From: Escherichia coli 042
Lineage (GTDB): Bacteria > Pseudomonadota > Gammaproteobacteria > Enterobacterales > Enterobacteriaceae
Length of the DNA: 64,000 nucleotides
NCBI RefSeq assembly: GCF_000027125.1
Contig: NC_017626.1
Reading direction: 5' to 3' (one strand)
In this document: positions 1 to 19,084 of the stretch, one piece after another
Numbering within the stretch: the stretch's first letter is position 1
How the letters are laid out: every line of letters starts with the position of its first letter
Made by a program: the position numbers and the translations under genes
Notes under the pieces: generated by a model
What the model was told of the DNA's origin: nothing
Databases searched by the model: none
Seen by the model: the letters and a program-made list of their open reading frames with translations, nothing else

Positions 1-1309
1 CCGCCGCGAGTTGTGGGAAGCGATTGAAGCAGGCGATTTTCCGGAATACGAACTGGGCTTCCAGTTGATTCCTGAGGAAGATGAATTTAAGTTCGACTTC
101 GACCTTCTTGATCCAACTAAACTTATCCCGGAAGAACTGGTGCCCGTTCAGCGTGTCGGCAAAATGATGCTCAATCGCAATCCGGATAACTTCTTTGCCG
201 AAAACGAACAAGCAGCATTCCATCCAGGTCATATTGTTCCTGGTCTGGACTTCACCAACGATCCCCTGTTGCAGGGACGTTTGTTCTCCTATACCGATAC
301 ACAAATCAGTCGTCTTGGTGGGCCGAATTTCCATGAGATTCCAATTAACCGCCCGACCTGCCCTTACCATAATTTCCAGCGTGACGGCATGCATCGTATG
401 GGGATCGACACTAACCCGGCGAATTATGAACCGAACTCGATCAACGATAACTGGCCGCGCGAAACACCGCCGGGGCCGAAACGTGGCGGTTTTGAATCAT
501 ACCAGGAACGCGTGGAAGGAAATAAAGTTCGCGAGCGCAGTCCATCGTTTGGCGAATATTATTCCCATCCGCGTCTGTTCTGGCTAAGTCAGACGCCATT
601 CGAGCAGCGCCATATTGTCGATGGTTTCAGTTTTGAGTTAAGCAAAGTAGTTCGTCCGTATATTCGTGAGCGCGTTGTTGACCAGCTGGCGCATATTGAT
701 CTCACTCTGGCCCAGGCGGTGGCGAAAAATCTCGGTATCGAGCTGACGGACGACCAGCTGAATATCACCCCGCCTCCGGACGTCAACGGTCTGAAAAAGG
801 ATCCATCCTTAAGTTTGTACGCCATTCCTGACGGTGATGTGAAAGGTCGCGTGGTAGCGATTTTACTTAATGATGAAGTGAGATCGGCAGACCTTCTGGC
901 CATTCTCAAGGCGCTGAAGGCCAAAGGCGTTCATGCCAAACTGCTCTACTCCCGAATGGGTGAAGTGACTGCGGATGACGGTACGGTGTTGCCTATAGCC
1001 GCTACCTTTGCCGGTGCACCTTCGCTGACGGTCGATGCGGTTATTGTCCCTTGCGGCAATATCGCGGATATCGCTGACAACGGCGATGCCAACTACTACC
1101 TGATGGAAGCCTACAAACACCTTAAACCGATTGCGCTGGCGGGAGACGCGCGCAAGTTTAAAGCAACAATCAAGGTCGCTGACCAGGGTGAAGAAGGGAT
1201 TGTGGAAGCTGACAGCGCCGATGGTAGTTTTATGGATGAACTGTTAACGCTGATGGCAGCACACCGCATGTGGTCACGCATTCCTAAGATTGACAAAATT
1301 CCGGCGTAA
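1..1309 (+). CDS. katE: Catalase HPII, C-terminal part (5' end lies outside the window)
   Basis: ORF track 11..1309; reading frame continues open to position 1; translated sequence recognised as the C-terminal region of the large-subunit catalase; gene order katE followed by chb operon as in E. coli. Confidence 0.85.
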   Translation, partial: RRELWEAIEAGDFPEYELGFQLIPEEDEFKFDFDLLDPTKLIPEELVPVQRVGKMMLNRNPDNFFAENEQAAFHPGHIVPGLDFTNDPLLQGRLFSYTDTQISRLGGPNFHEIPINRPTCPYHNFQRDGMHRMGIDTNPANYEPNSINDNWPRETPPGPKRGGFESYQERVEGNKVRERSPSFGEYYSHPRLFWLSQTPFEQRHIVDGFSFELSKVVRPYIRERVVDQLAHIDLTLAQAVAKNLGIELTDDQLNITPPPDVNGLKKDPSLSLYAIPDGDVKGRVVAILLNDEVRSADLLAILKALKAKGVHAKLLYSRMGEVTADDGTVLPIAATFAGAPSLTVDAVIVPCGNIADIADNGDANYYLMEAYKHLKPIALAGDARKFKATIKVADQGEEGIVEADSADGSFMDELLTLMAAHRMWSRIPKIDKIPA

Positions 1310-1355
1310 ATATGGATAAGGTCACGCCCCCTGGGGAGTGACCTTACCACCTTAC

Positions 1356-2117
<762 letters not shown>

Positions 2118-3470
2118 TTAATGTGCTTTTTTAAGCTCAGCGATGCAGTCGGCAAAATTTGGCAGCCATTTCTCGTGCGCCAGAATCATCTCGCGTGCCA
2201 GCAGCTCAGCATCGCGATCGGAATGCACCAACGGACTAAGGTTTAGCGCCAGTAACACATCGTTAAATTCTCCGCTAAGTGCAGCGTTGCTGGCAGCAAT
2301 CTCGAAGCCTTTAATGGTGTGAATCAGCCCCATCACTTTATCATCGAAATGCGTAATGCGCGGATGTGGCGTCGCGCCATCGCGCCCCAGCGTACAGGTC
2401 ATTTCTACCGCCCAGTCTGCCGGAATATTATCAATATGCCCATGATGCGGGATATTAACGTAATGTTCAGCTTGCTTGTCGTTGTAGATAGCGTTGATCA
2501 CTTCGCACGCTGCATCAGAGTAATAAGCCCCACCGCGCTGTTCCAGTTCTTTCGGCTTAACTTTCAACTCCGGGTTTTTATACAGCTCAAAAAGTTGTTT
2601 CTCGACTTTCTGTACTACCTGTGCTCGTGCGCCGCCTTTGTAGTATTCGCCCATTTCAATAGCCAGCATCTCTTTTTGCTTGAAGTAATAAAGCAAATAA
2701 GAACACGGCAACAGATTCAGAGAACGAATTAAGCCTTCGCTAAATGGCAGATCGAAAATATTTTTAACGCCAGATGCTTTTAACTGCCCGGATGCCACAC
2801 CATCAAGCAATTCGGCAAAGCGTGATTTGCCATTTACCAGCACATCTTTAATGAACACCATATGGTTGAGGCCGAACAGATCGATAGATAAATCATCGCT
2901 GTCTTTCAGCATCAGAACATCGCGAATAAACATCTTCATGCCGATCGGAATATTACACACGCCGATAAAGCGTTTAAATCCGGTATGACGATAAACGGCT
3001 TCAGTGACCATTCCCGCCGGGTTAGTGAAGTTAATCACCCATGCATTCGGACAAAGTTCTTCGACATCTTTTACGATATCAAAAATCACCGGAATGGTAC
3101 GCAGACCTTTAAACAGACCGCCCGCGCCGTTAGTTTCCTGACCAAGATAACCATGACTTAATGGAATACGTTCATCCAGTTCGCGCGCCGGTAATTGGCC
3201 TACGCGCAGTTGGGTAGTAACGAAATCAGCATCTTTCAATGCTTCGCGGCGATCCAGCGTTTTATAAAGCTTCATCGGGACGCCAGCGTTATCAATCATC
3301 CGTTGGCAGAGATCAAAAATAATATCCAGTTTAGCTTTACCACCTTCGACATCCACCAGCCATAATTCGCTGACCGGCAATTCGTGATAACGCTTAATAA
3401 ATCCTTCCAGTAATTCCGGGGTATAGCTGCTCCCGCCACCAATAGTGACGACTTTTAATTTCTGGCTCAT
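2118..3470 (-). CDS. chbF: 6-phospho-beta-glucosidase (family 4 glycoside hydrolase, NAD/Mn dependent)
   Basis: ORF track 2118..3539 trimmed to in-frame ATG at 3470 (MSQKLKVVTIGGGSSY, Rossmann-type N-terminus) preceded by GGGAGA Shine-Dalgarno; gives 450 aa. Confidence 0.9.
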   Translation of the reverse strand: MSQKLKVVTIGGGSSYTPELLEGFIKRYHELPVSELWLVDVEGGKAKLDIIFDLCQRMIDNAGVPMKLYKTLDRREALKDADFVTTQLRVGQLPARELDERIPLSHGYLGQETNGAGGLFKGLRTIPVIFDIVKDVEELCPNAWVINFTNPAGMVTEAVYRHTGFKRFIGVCNIPIGMKMFIRDVLMLKDSDDLSIDLFGLNHMVFIKDVLVNGKSRFAELLDGVASGQLKASGVKNIFDLPFSEGLIRSLNLLPCSYLLYYFKQKEMLAIEMGEYYKGGARAQVVQKVEKQLFELYKNPELKVKPKELEQRGGAYYSDAACEVINAIYNDKQAEHYVNIPHHGHIDNIPADWAVEMTCTLGRDGATPHPRITHFDDKVMGLIHTIKGFEIAASNAALSGEFNDVLLALNLSPLVHSDRDAELLAREMILAHEKWLPNFADCIAELKKAH

Positions 3471-3573
3471 AATTTCTCCCTTCAGTACAGAATACTGATA
3501 TCTGGCATATCTGCCCCCCGGACATAAATAATCCAGCAACAGGACAGATATGTGAATTGTCAGGTATAACGAC

Positions 3574-4416
3574 TTACTGATTAAATTCAGTCAATTTCTT
3601 ACGATAGCTCTTAGGCGTAAAGGACGTTAATTTCTTAAACGTTTTAATAAACAAACTCGGGCTACTATAACCGGCCTCAAACGCAATATCCGTCACTGAA
3701 TAGTTGGTCATTTCCAGTTGTTTTTTGGCAAAATTAATACGGATTTCATTAATAATCTGCATTGGCGTTTTGCCATAATATCGTTGAGTCGCTCGCGTCA
3801 AATATTCCTGTGATTTGGCTGACAACGTCACCATATTCTCCAGCGCCGATTCACTAAACTGCTCTTTATCATGCATCTTTTCTACCGTACTTTTCAGCCA
3901 CTGCGGTACATCATCAATCACCTGTTCTTCGCGGTAATGACGTAAACGGTTAATGACATAAAAAGTAACCATCTCAACAAACTCTTCCAGCCCTGTTTCG
4001 CGGAAATTCAATGAAGAAATCACTGTTTCCACATAGGTGAGAAAAGCGTTATTGGTCCGGTATACCTGCGAAGCAACAAAGCAATAAGGCAACAACGGCA
4101 GGTAATGCTGCTCAAAAAAGCGTTTACTGATCCCAACGTTCAATATGCGCGTGGCACCAAACTCATAAAAACTTTGATGGTGCGAACCTAACGGAATAAA
4201 AACAAAATCGCCCCGTTCCAGTAACACGCGCTTACCGTTAATCTCCTGGAAATAACGCCCGGTTAATACCAGAGTAAATTCATAATAGTCGTGCTGATGC
4301 AGTCCGCTGATACTCTCAGTTTTGTTGTAGATAAACACATGGAAGTTTTTGCCATTAAACAACTGCTGTTCTCGGGCAGTGGCAATTTCCGGCGCGTTAA
4401 TCACTGGCTGCATCAT
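3574..4416 (-). CDS. chbR: AraC-family dual regulator of the chb operon
   Basis: 280 aa ORF with C-terminal AraC-type HTH region; position inside chb operon. Confidence 0.9.
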   Translation of the reverse strand: MMQPVINAPEIATAREQQLFNGKNFHVFIYNKTESISGLHQHDYYEFTLVLTGRYFQEINGKRVLLERGDFVFIPLGSHHQSFYEFGATRILNVGISKRFFEQHYLPLLPYCFVASQVYRTNNAFLTYVETVISSLNFRETGLEEFVEMVTFYVINRLRHYREEQVIDDVPQWLKSTVEKMHDKEQFSESALENMVTLSAKSQEYLTRATQRYYGKTPMQIINEIRINFAKKQLEMTNYSVTDIAFEAGYSSPSLFIKTFKKLTSFTPKSYRKKLTEFNQ

Positions 4417-4423
4417 CGACTCC

Positions 4424-4774
4424 TTATGCCTTCAGTTTTTCATGAAGCTCAATTAATTCAGTAATCAGTTCACGCGCAAGCATGGACGTCATTAAATGAT
4501 CCTGAGCGTGGACCAGCACCAGACTCACTTTCATCTTACCTTCGCCCGCATCGCCTTCAATCAGTTTCGTCTGTACCAGATGCGCTTCATTCAATGCCAT
4601 CCGCGACTGATCCATCATCGCTTTTGCTGCGGCAAAATCGCCCTGCTTCGCCTGTTTCAGTGCCGCATACGCCAAGCTGCGCGCTTGTCCGGAGTTGATG
4701 ATAAGCCCCATCACCACTTCTTCCAGCTCTTCAGCTTCTGTTTGCGTATCGGGAATGTTATCGAGATCCATCAT
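4424..4774 (-). CDS. chbA: PTS chitobiose-specific EIIA component
   Basis: 116 aa ORF, lactose/cellobiose-family EIIA-like, operon position. Confidence 0.9.
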   Translation of the reverse strand: MMDLDNIPDTQTEAEELEEVVMGLIINSGQARSLAYAALKQAKQGDFAAAKAMMDQSRMALNEAHLVQTKLIEGDAGEGKMKVSLVLVHAQDHLMTSMLARELITELIELHEKLKA

Positions 4775-4824
4775 ACATCGTTCCTCTCTTTTCTTACCGG
4801 CACGATTACCCGTACCGGCATCGA

Positions 4825-6183
4825 TTAAAATTTCAGGGCGTTAGCGATATCTTCTTCGCTCTCTTCTTTATCAATCGCGTTTTGTGCTTTGTTAGCGACC
4901 ACAACAAAGGGCAGATAAATTAACGTTGCGATACCAAGGTTGAAGAGTGCGACCAGCAATGCGGCGACGCTACCGTTGGTGTTAAAGAAGGCTCCCAGAC
5001 CGGTTGGCATGGTCCACGGTGCAATATTGGTCACCGGAGGAATAATGCCCATGTAGTACGCTGCGAGGGTGATTGCCGCCAGAATCGGTTGTACCAGTAC
5101 AAACGGGATAAACATCACCGGGTTCATGATAATTGGCAGACCAAACAGAATCGGTTCGTTAATCTGGAAGATGCCGGACGGCAGCGCCAGTTTTGCCACC
5201 TGACGATAATCAGCACGGCGAGAGGCGATAAAGATAGCCAGGATCAGGCCTAAAGTCGCACCACTGCCACCGAGGAAAATAAAGGAGTCCAGCATCGGCT
5301 TGGCCCAGATATGGAAGGTCTTACCGGCTGCCAGCGCCGCTTCGACGGAACCATATTGCTGATAGGTCGCGATATTTTCCAGCGCCCAAGGCGTCATAAT
5401 GCCGTTGTCCAGTGCGGTCAGCGCCAGCGCACCATGAATACCGAAGAACCAGAGCAGTGGAACAAAGATCACATAGGCCCAGCCCACCACGCTACCCAAC
5501 GATGCCAGTGGGGTTGAGATGGTATCCATAATGATCTGATGGAAGTTGGTGCCCCAGGTATTCAACGCCCAGGCAATAATCCCCATCACGGAAAGAATAA
5601 TAAAGCCGGGAATTAAAGCCGAGAAGGAACGCGATACTGAAGCAGGTACGCTATCGGGCAATTTAATGACCCAATTGCGGCGGACAATAAAGGTAAACAT
5701 TTCTGCCACCACCAGGCCAATAATAATCCCGGAGATGATATTCGCCCCACCTAACCAGTTTGCGCCAACCGCATAGGCCTCACCGACACTATATGGGGTG
5801 ACGGTCATAAATGCTGCAACGGATAACAACCCGGCCGCCAGCGCATCGACTTTACGCTCTTCTGCCAGCGCCATGCCAATAAAGAACGGTGCCATTAAAG
5901 ACATTATCCCTAATGTTCCGTTATATACGTTGCCGCCAATACCTTTCAGACCATTAAGTGTTTCAATGGTTGAGGCATCCAGGCGAATACCTAAGGAATA
6001 AAAAAACGACCCCTCCCCAAAGCTTAGAAAAACGTTGTTAATTAATACAAACATGGCCCCCGCAAGGGTTAACGGCATTAAGCGAATAAAGCCATTTTTG
6101 ATTGCATTAACGTGTGGCTGCTTTCCTATTTTAACTGCAAAAGGGAGGAGTACCTTTTCAAGCGATGCAATAACATTACTCAT
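4825..6183 (-). CDS. chbC: PTS chitobiose-specific EIIC permease
   Basis: 452 aa highly hydrophobic polytopic membrane protein; operon position. Confidence 0.9.
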
Positions 6184-6267
6184 AGAAAAATACCCTTAAA
6201 AACCGCAATTTAAATATTGCGGTATTGATTTATGAAATAACTCTTTGACGGGAAAATTTAAAATAAA

Positions 6268-6588
6268 TTAATTTGCTGCGGCTTTTTTAATCGCTGCAAC
6301 CGCAGCCTTAAGCACGCCTAAACCATCGACTTTGCCATAAAGCAGCGAGTCAATTACTTCAACCGGTTTGTTGGGTAACAAACGCTGGATTTCGGGCAAC
6401 ATATAAGCAATCTGCGGCCCTAATAACACGACATCGGCATTCTGACCTTTTTCACCAGCCAGTGTTTCCGGAAATGCTTCAATAATGACCGGAACTTCAT
6501 ATTTTTCTGCCTGTGCGCGCATTTTTGATACCAGTAAAGAGGTAGACATGCCCGCAGAACAAAACAGATAAATGTGTTTCTTTTCCAT
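6268..6588 (-). CDS. chbB: PTS chitobiose-specific EIIB component
   Basis: 106 aa ORF with N-terminal [17 protein letters not shown] (phospho-cysteine EIIB motif); first gene of operon. Confidence 0.9.
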   Translation of the reverse strand: MEKKHIYLFCSAGMSTSLLVSKMRAQAEKYEVPVIIEAFPETLAGEKGQNADVVLLGPQIAYMLPEIQRLLPNKPVEVIDSLLYGKVDGLGVLKAAVAAIKKAAAN

Positions 6589-6828
6589 AAAACTGCCCTC
6601 ATCGACGATTATCTGTCAGCCAGACACTCCGCAAGCCTTAACCTGCTTCCATGCTCTGGGTAACTTGCGAAACCAACATGACTTTTTTTGTGGCTGAAAG
6701 GAGTATACGGTATAGACCTGAGCAATAGTATTTCTTTGACCTTATAAATTGTCTCTCCTTGACCTGCGGTTATGACCCTCTTCACATTTCGGGCAAATAA
6801 TTCGCGAAGATAATTAAGAACTCAGACC

Positions 6829-6855
6829 AAAAAAAACCGGCGCAATGGCCGGTTT
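6829..6855 (-). terminator. Rho-independent terminator downstream of osmE
   Basis: Plus strand reads A8 then ACCGGC-GCAATG-GCCGGT; on the minus strand this is a GC hairpin followed by a U8 tract, 30 bp after the osmE stop. Confidence 0.7.
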
Positions 6856-6886
6856 CCGTTGTTACTCAAGCTTTCAGACGAAGTGA

Positions 6887-7225
6887 TTACTTCGCAGCCT
6901 GTGGATCAGTGTCGTATTCAGCACAGGTCTGATAACCGGAGTTGATGACATGTCCGGTATCATCTAACGCGACAAAGTAGGTTTCTGCTTTACCATCACG
7001 TTGACCCAGGATGTAGGTCTGGCAAGTACCACGAGCATGGATCATGCTCACTTCAGACGAAGGTTTACCCGCAATTTGTGCAACCTGCGCCCGGCTCATG
7101 CCTTTTTTGACGTCTTTCACCACAGGCTGTACAAACTGGTCTTTGGTACGATCATAAGCCGTACAACCCGCCAGCATGGTTAATACCGCCGCTGCACTCA
7201 GAATTCCTGCCATATTCTTGTTCAT
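6887..7225 (-). CDS. osmE: Osmotically inducible lipoprotein OsmE
   Basis: 112 aa ORF with signal peptide and lipobox-like LAGC near N-terminus. Confidence 0.9.
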
Positions 7226-7426
7226 ATTCCGTCCTCTTGTTTATCAGCGTGTTAGATAAGCCTGGAATACATTGGGCGCTTTTTCAAGCCCGTGAACGAA
7301 ACGGCTCCGCTTTCAGAGGATTCCTGTATGACGTTTTAACCACCATTCAGCCCGCTGTCGCTTGTCGTTTCAGTAGCAACGGGTTAGCTTTAAGGAAGTT
7401 TTGTCTTTTCTGTCTGGAGGGGTTCA

Positions 7427-8254
7427 ATGACATTGCAACAACAAATAATAAAGGCGCTGGGCGCAAAACCGCAGATTAATGCTGAAGAGGAAATTCGTCG
7501 TAGTGTCGATTTTCTGAAAAGCTACCTGCAAACTTATCCGTTCATTAAATCACTGGTGCTAGGGATCAGCGGCGGTCAGGACTCCACGCTTGCCGGTAAG
7601 CTGTGCCAGATGGCGATTAATGAGCTGCGCCAGGAGACCGGCAACGAATCACTGCAATTTATTGCCGTACGCCTGCCCTATGGTGTTCAGGCTGACGAAC
7701 AAGATTGCCAGGATGCCATTGCCTTTATTCAACCGGATCGCGTATTAACCGTTAATATCAAGGGCGCGGTATTGGCCAGCAAACAGGCGCTGCGCGAAGC
7801 GGGCATTGAACTGAGCGATTTTGTTCGTGGCAATGAAAAAGCGCGTGAGCGGATGAAAGCACAATATAGCATTGCGGGCATGACCAGCGGTGTCGTGGTG
7901 GGCACCGATCATGCAGCAGAAGCCATTACCGGATTCTTCACTAAATATGGTGACGGCGGTACGGACATTAATCCGCTGTATCGTCTCAACAAACGCCAGG
8001 GTAAACAGTTACTGGCGGCATTAGGTTGCCCGGAACACCTTTATAAGAAAGCCCCAACGGCCGATCTGGAAGATGATCGCCCTTCTCTGCCAGATGAAGT
8101 GGCACTCGGCGTGACCTATGACAATATCGACGACTATCTGGAAGGGAAAAACCTACCTGAACAGGTCGCCAGAACAATAGAGAACTGGTATCTGAAAACC
8201 GAACATAAACGCCGTCCGCCAATTACCGTTTTCGATGATTTCTGGAAAAAGTAA
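7427..8254 (+). CDS. nadE: NH3-dependent NAD+ synthetase
   Basis: 275 aa ORF with SGGQDS PP-loop motif ([13 protein letters not shown]). Confidence 0.95.
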   Translation: MTLQQQIIKALGAKPQINAEEEIRRSVDFLKSYLQTYPFIKSLVLGISGGQDSTLAGKLCQMAINELRQETGNESLQFIAVRLPYGVQADEQDCQDAIAFIQPDRVLTVNIKGAVLASKQALREAGIELSDFVRGNEKARERMKAQYSIAGMTSGVVVGTDHAAEAITGFFTKYGDGGTDINPLYRLNKRQGKQLLAALGCPEHLYKKAPTADLEDDRPSLPDEVALGVTYDNIDDYLEGKNLPEQVARTIENWYLKTEHKRRPPITVFDDFWKK

Positions 8255-8292
8255 TAATTTGCACATATTGGTTTGTGCGAAAAAGAGTACTT

Positions 8293-8330
8293 TGTTCACG
8301 CCGGATGCGGCGTGAACGCCTTATTCGCCC
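8293..8330. repeat. REP (repetitive extragenic palindromic) element
   Basis: Sequence GTTCACGCCGGATGCGGCGTGAACGCCTTAT matches the E. coli REP consensus core GCCGGATGCGGCGTGAACGCCTTAT; intergenic between nadE and cho. Confidence 0.7.
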
Positions 8331-8450
8331 CACAAAACTATGCAAATTCAATATATTGCATGAGTCGAATAGGCCTGACAGGCGTAGCACGTCAGACGGT
8401 GTAACCTTTGTCATCAACCCGCCTCTTTTTTAATCGCTCCCCGCCTGTTA

Positions 8451-8470
8451 CACTGGATAGATAACCAGCA
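8451..8470 (+). promoter_or_regulatory. Candidate LexA (SOS) box upstream of cho
   Basis: CACTGGATAGATAACCAGCA, a CTGG-N8-CCAG palindrome resembling the LexA consensus CTGT-N8-ACAG, 14 bp upstream of the cho start; cho is a known SOS gene. Confidence 0.45.
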
Positions 8471-8483
8471 TTCGGAGTCAACA

Positions 8484-9984
<1,501 letters not shown>

Positions 9985-10033
9985 TTAGTGGCGATCAGGC
10001 TTTTTTTGCATCTGTTTGAGAACAAAAAAGAAA

Positions 10034-10096
10034 ACCGCCGATCCTGTCCACCGCATTACTGCAAGGTAGTGGACAAGACCGGCGGTCTTACGTTTT
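10034..10096 (-). terminator. Hairpin terminator downstream of spy
   Basis: Long imperfect inverted repeat (AAACCGCCGATCCTGTCCAC ... GTGGACAAGACCGGCGGTCTT) flanked by A-rich (plus) and T-rich sequence; lies just past the spy stop. Confidence 0.55.
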
Positions 10097-10108
10097 TTGG
10101 CTGAAAGA

Positions 10109-10594
10109 TTATTCAGCAGTTGCAGGCATTTTACCTTTTGCCGCTGGACGTTCTGTCAGACGCTTCTCAAAATTAGCATTAAATTGCTTTTTCTGTTCCG
10201 GCGTCAGGATGTTGTAAATCTTGTTCTGGGTTTCCATGTGCGCCAGCATGTTAGCTTTGCGCTGTTCTTCCATTTTTGCGATCTGCGCTTCAGCTTTTGC
10301 TTTATCGAAGGTATCGCTGGCAATGATGTCATGCATTGCGCGGCGTTCTTCCAGCGGCGGACGTTTCATCTGGTCACGCTGGCCTTTCATGATTTCGCGG
10401 ATCTGCTGTTTCTGCGCGTCGGTCAGGTTCAGGTCTTTGAACATCATGTCCTGATGCGGACCGAACTTGCCTTTGTGGTGCATCATCGGCTTCGCGTCAG
10501 CCGGTGCTGCGGTAGTGGTGTCTGCGGCATGGGCCAGGTTAGCCGCGCCAAGAGCCAGGGTAGAGGCAACAAACAGTGCAGTTAATTTACGCAT
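10109..10594 (-). CDS. spy: Periplasmic ATP-independent chaperone Spy
   Basis: 161 aa ORF with signal peptide and charged helical body rich in K/E/Q. Confidence 0.95.
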   Translation of the reverse strand: MRKLTALFVASTLALGAANLAHAADTTTAAPADAKPMMHHKGKFGPHQDMMFKDLNLTDAQKQQIREIMKGQRDQMKRPPLEERRAMHDIIASDTFDKAKAEAQIAKMEEQRKANMLAHMETQNKIYNILTPEQKKQFNANFEKRLTERPAAKGKMPATAE

Positions 10595-10699
10595 ATTCTA
10601 TATCCTTCCTTTCAGTTATTTATTACGGCTTTCTTAAGAAGCGTGCCGTGTTGACGAGATTAACTTTACTGACTTTAGCGTCAATTAATCAGAGCAACG

Positions 10700-10720
10700 G
10701 TAAAACAATGAAAGTGTAAA
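10700..10720. promoter_or_regulatory. Candidate CpxR site in the spy promoter
   Basis: GTAAA-ACAAT-GAAAG-T-GTAAA, an imperfect match to the CpxR tandem GTAAA-N5-GTAAA consensus, about 110 bp upstream of the spy start. Confidence 0.3.
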
Positions 10721-10732
10721 AAACACTTTTGC

Positions 10733-10750
10733 GCCAATTATGGAGAAAAA
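10733..10750 (-). promoter_or_regulatory. BaeR box in the spy promoter
   Basis: Plus strand GCCAATTATGGAGAAAAA; reverse complement TTTTTCTCCATAATTGGC matches the recalled BaeR box consensus TTTTTCTCCATDATTGGC exactly. Confidence 0.6.
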
Positions 10751-10923
10751 AAGAAAATTTGATGGAGAGTGATGAGAAAATATTACAACACGATGATTTT
10801 GCAGAGATTATGAAGAACTATACCGGATGACTGGTGATAAATAAAGCAAATAACCAGGATTAATCTGTATTAATTTATAAGAAAGTAACTTAATACCCGC
10901 AGAATGATTTCTGCGGGTAAGTA

Positions 10924-16987
<6,064 letters not shown>

Positions 16988-17022
16988 TTAATAATAAGTA
17001 ATGTTTGCGCTGTAAATGTAGA

Positions 17023-17039
17023 TTGCAGGGTTCGTGCCA
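17023..17039 (-). promoter_or_regulatory. Sigma-54 promoter (-24/-12) for astCADBE
   Basis: Minus strand reads TGGCACG-AACC-CTGCA, matching the sigma-54 consensus TGGCAC-N5-TTGCW with GG and GC correctly spaced, about 70 bp upstream of the astC start. Confidence 0.6.
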
Positions 17040-17396
17040 GCCAGTGATAAAAGTGCATAAACGGCGGAGGCTAACTGGAAATCAAGGAGTTATAACCAAA
17101 CCATATGCATTTAAAGTGCATATAAAGTGAATACGTTTGCGATGTGGGTGAATAAAAAGAATAAAAAACGCAATGTTATGCAGAAGTAAAATATAATTCT
17201 GGAATTGTGATCATTGACGAAATTTACTGGAAATTACTGCGCCATTCTGACGCAGCGCGCACCAAAAGCGGGCATTTTTTGCGCCATCGTTGACATCATT
17301 AACAACCATCGATCAAATCACTTAACAACAGGCGGTACGCAAAGCGAAATTCTGCTACCATCCACGCACTCTTTATCTGAATAAATGGCAGCGACT

Positions 17397-18203
17397 ATGA
17401 AATTTGTCTCTTTTAATATCAACGGCCTGCGCGCCAGACCTCACCAGCTTGAAGCCATCGTCGAAAAGCACCAGCCGGATGTGATTGGCCTGCAGGAGAC
17501 AAAAGTTCATGACGATATGTTTCCACTCGAAGAGGTGGCGAAGCTCGGCTACAACGTGTTTTATCACGGGCAGAAAGGCCATTATGGCGTGGCGCTGCTG
17601 ACCAAAGAGACGCCGATTGCCGTGCGTCGCGGTTTTCCCGGTGACGACGAAGAGGCGCAGCGGCGGATTATTATGGCGGAAATCCCCTCACCGCTGGGCA
17701 ATGTCACCGTGATCAACGGTTACTTCCCGCAGGGTGAAAGCCGCGACCATCCGATAAAATTCCCGGCAAAGGCGCAGTTTTATCAGAATCTGCAAAACTA
17801 CCTGGAAACCGAACTCAAGCGTGAAAATCCGGTGCTGATTATGGGCGATATGAATATCAGTCCTGGCGACCTGGATATTGGCATTGGCGAAGAGAACCGT
17901 AAGCGCTGGCTGCGTACCGGAAAATGCTCTTTCCTTCCGGAAGAACGCGAATGGATGGAGAGACTGATGAGCTGGGGGTTGGTCGATACCTTCCGCCAGG
18001 CGAATCCGCAAACAGCCGATCGTTTCTCATGGTTTGATTACCGCTCAAAAGGTTTTGACGATAACCGCGGTCTGCGTATCGACCTGCTTCTCGCCAGCCA
18101 ACCGCTGGCAGAATGTTGCGTAGAAACCGGCATCGACTATGAAATCCGCAGCATGGAAAAACCGTCCGATCACGCCCCCGTCTGGGCGACCTTCCGCCGC
18201 TAA
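17397..18203 (+). CDS. xthA: Exodeoxyribonuclease III
   Basis: ORF track 17385..18203 trimmed to ATG at 17397 ([14 protein letters not shown]); 268 aa. Confidence 0.95.
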   Translation: MKFVSFNINGLRARPHQLEAIVEKHQPDVIGLQETKVHDDMFPLEEVAKLGYNVFYHGQKGHYGVALLTKETPIAVRRGFPGDDEEAQRRIIMAEIPSPLGNVTVINGYFPQGESRDHPIKFPAKAQFYQNLQNYLETELKRENPVLIMGDMNISPGDLDIGIGEENRKRWLRTGKCSFLPEEREWMERLMSWGLVDTFRQANPQTADRFSWFDYRSKGFDDNRGLRIDLLLASQPLAECCVETGIDYEIRSMEKPSDHAPVWATFRR

Positions 18204-18369
18204 TTTAGCTGTTCTCCTGGCTCAAACTGGGTCAGGAGAATTAACCTTGAGAAAAATCAACAAACTGTCAGTAATGATTTGTTGCCTGCCGCCCTTTGTT
18301 ATACCGTCACTGCGTTTTTAGTTGTCTGACCACTTCTCTATTATCAAGTTTGATATAGGAAACTCCACA

Positions 18370-19080
18370 ATGAACGCTGAGCGTAAATTTCTTTTTGCCT
18401 GTCTTATTTTTGCGCTGGTCATTTACGCTTTCCACGCTTTCGGTTTATTCGAGCTGCTCACCGATTTACCTCACTTACTGACACTCATTCGCCAGAGCGG
18501 ATTGTTCGGTTATAGCCTCTATATTCTGTTATTCATCATTGCCACCCTCTTTCTGTTACCAGGAAGCATACTGGTGATCGCTGGAGGAATAGTTTTTGGC
18601 CCGCTCTTAGGGACACTACTATCATTAATTGCCGCCACGCTGGCCTCCTCGTGCTCATTCCTGCTGGCGCGCTGGCTGGGACGTGATTTACTGCTGAAAT
18701 ACGTTGGCCATAGCCATACCTTTCAGGCCATTGAAAAAGGCATTGCGCGTAACGGTATTGATTTTCTTATTCTGACCCGCTTAATCCCGTTGTTTCCTTA
18801 CAATATTCAAAATTACGCTTACGGATTAACCACAATCACCTTCTGGCCTTATACCCTTATTTCGGCACTCACGACCCTGCCCGGTATTGTTATTTATACC
18901 GTGATGGCAAGCGATCTCGCCAATGAAGGCATTACGCTGCGCTTTATTTTACAACTCTGTCTGGCGGGCCTGGCGCTGTTTATTCTCGTCCAGCTCGCCA
19001 AACTCTACGCCCGACACAAACATGTGGATCTGTCTGCTTCGCGCCGCAGCCCACTTACTCACCCAAAAAATGAAGGATAG
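18370..19080 (+). CDS. ydjX: DedA/TVP38-family inner membrane protein
   Basis: ORF track start 18322 is TTG; trimmed to ATG at 18370 (MNAERKF...); polytopic hydrophobic protein, 236 aa. Confidence 0.85.
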   Translation: MNAERKFLFACLIFALVIYAFHAFGLFELLTDLPHLLTLIRQSGLFGYSLYILLFIIATLFLLPGSILVIAGGIVFGPLLGTLLSLIAATLASSCSFLLARWLGRDLLLKYVGHSHTFQAIEKGIARNGIDFLILTRLIPLFPYNIQNYAYGLTTITFWPYTLISALTTLPGIVIYTVMASDLANEGITLRFILQLCLAGLALFILVQLAKLYARHKHVDLSASRRSPLTHPKNEG

Positions 19081-19084
19081 AACG

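Noticed and set aside
1321-1348. Inverted repeat between convergent katE and chbG
   Set aside because: AAGGTCAC...GTGACCTT hairpin is probably a shared terminator but has no clear U tract on either strand; too weak to annotate.
8223-8417. 64 aa minus-strand ORF between nadE and cho
   Set aside because: Coincides with the REP element and intergenic spacer; Arg-rich translation typical of GC-rich palindromes.
10097-10585. 162 aa plus-strand ORF antisense to spy
   Set aside because: Lies wholly within spy on the opposite strand; Cys/Phe-rich nonsense-like translation; spy is well supported.
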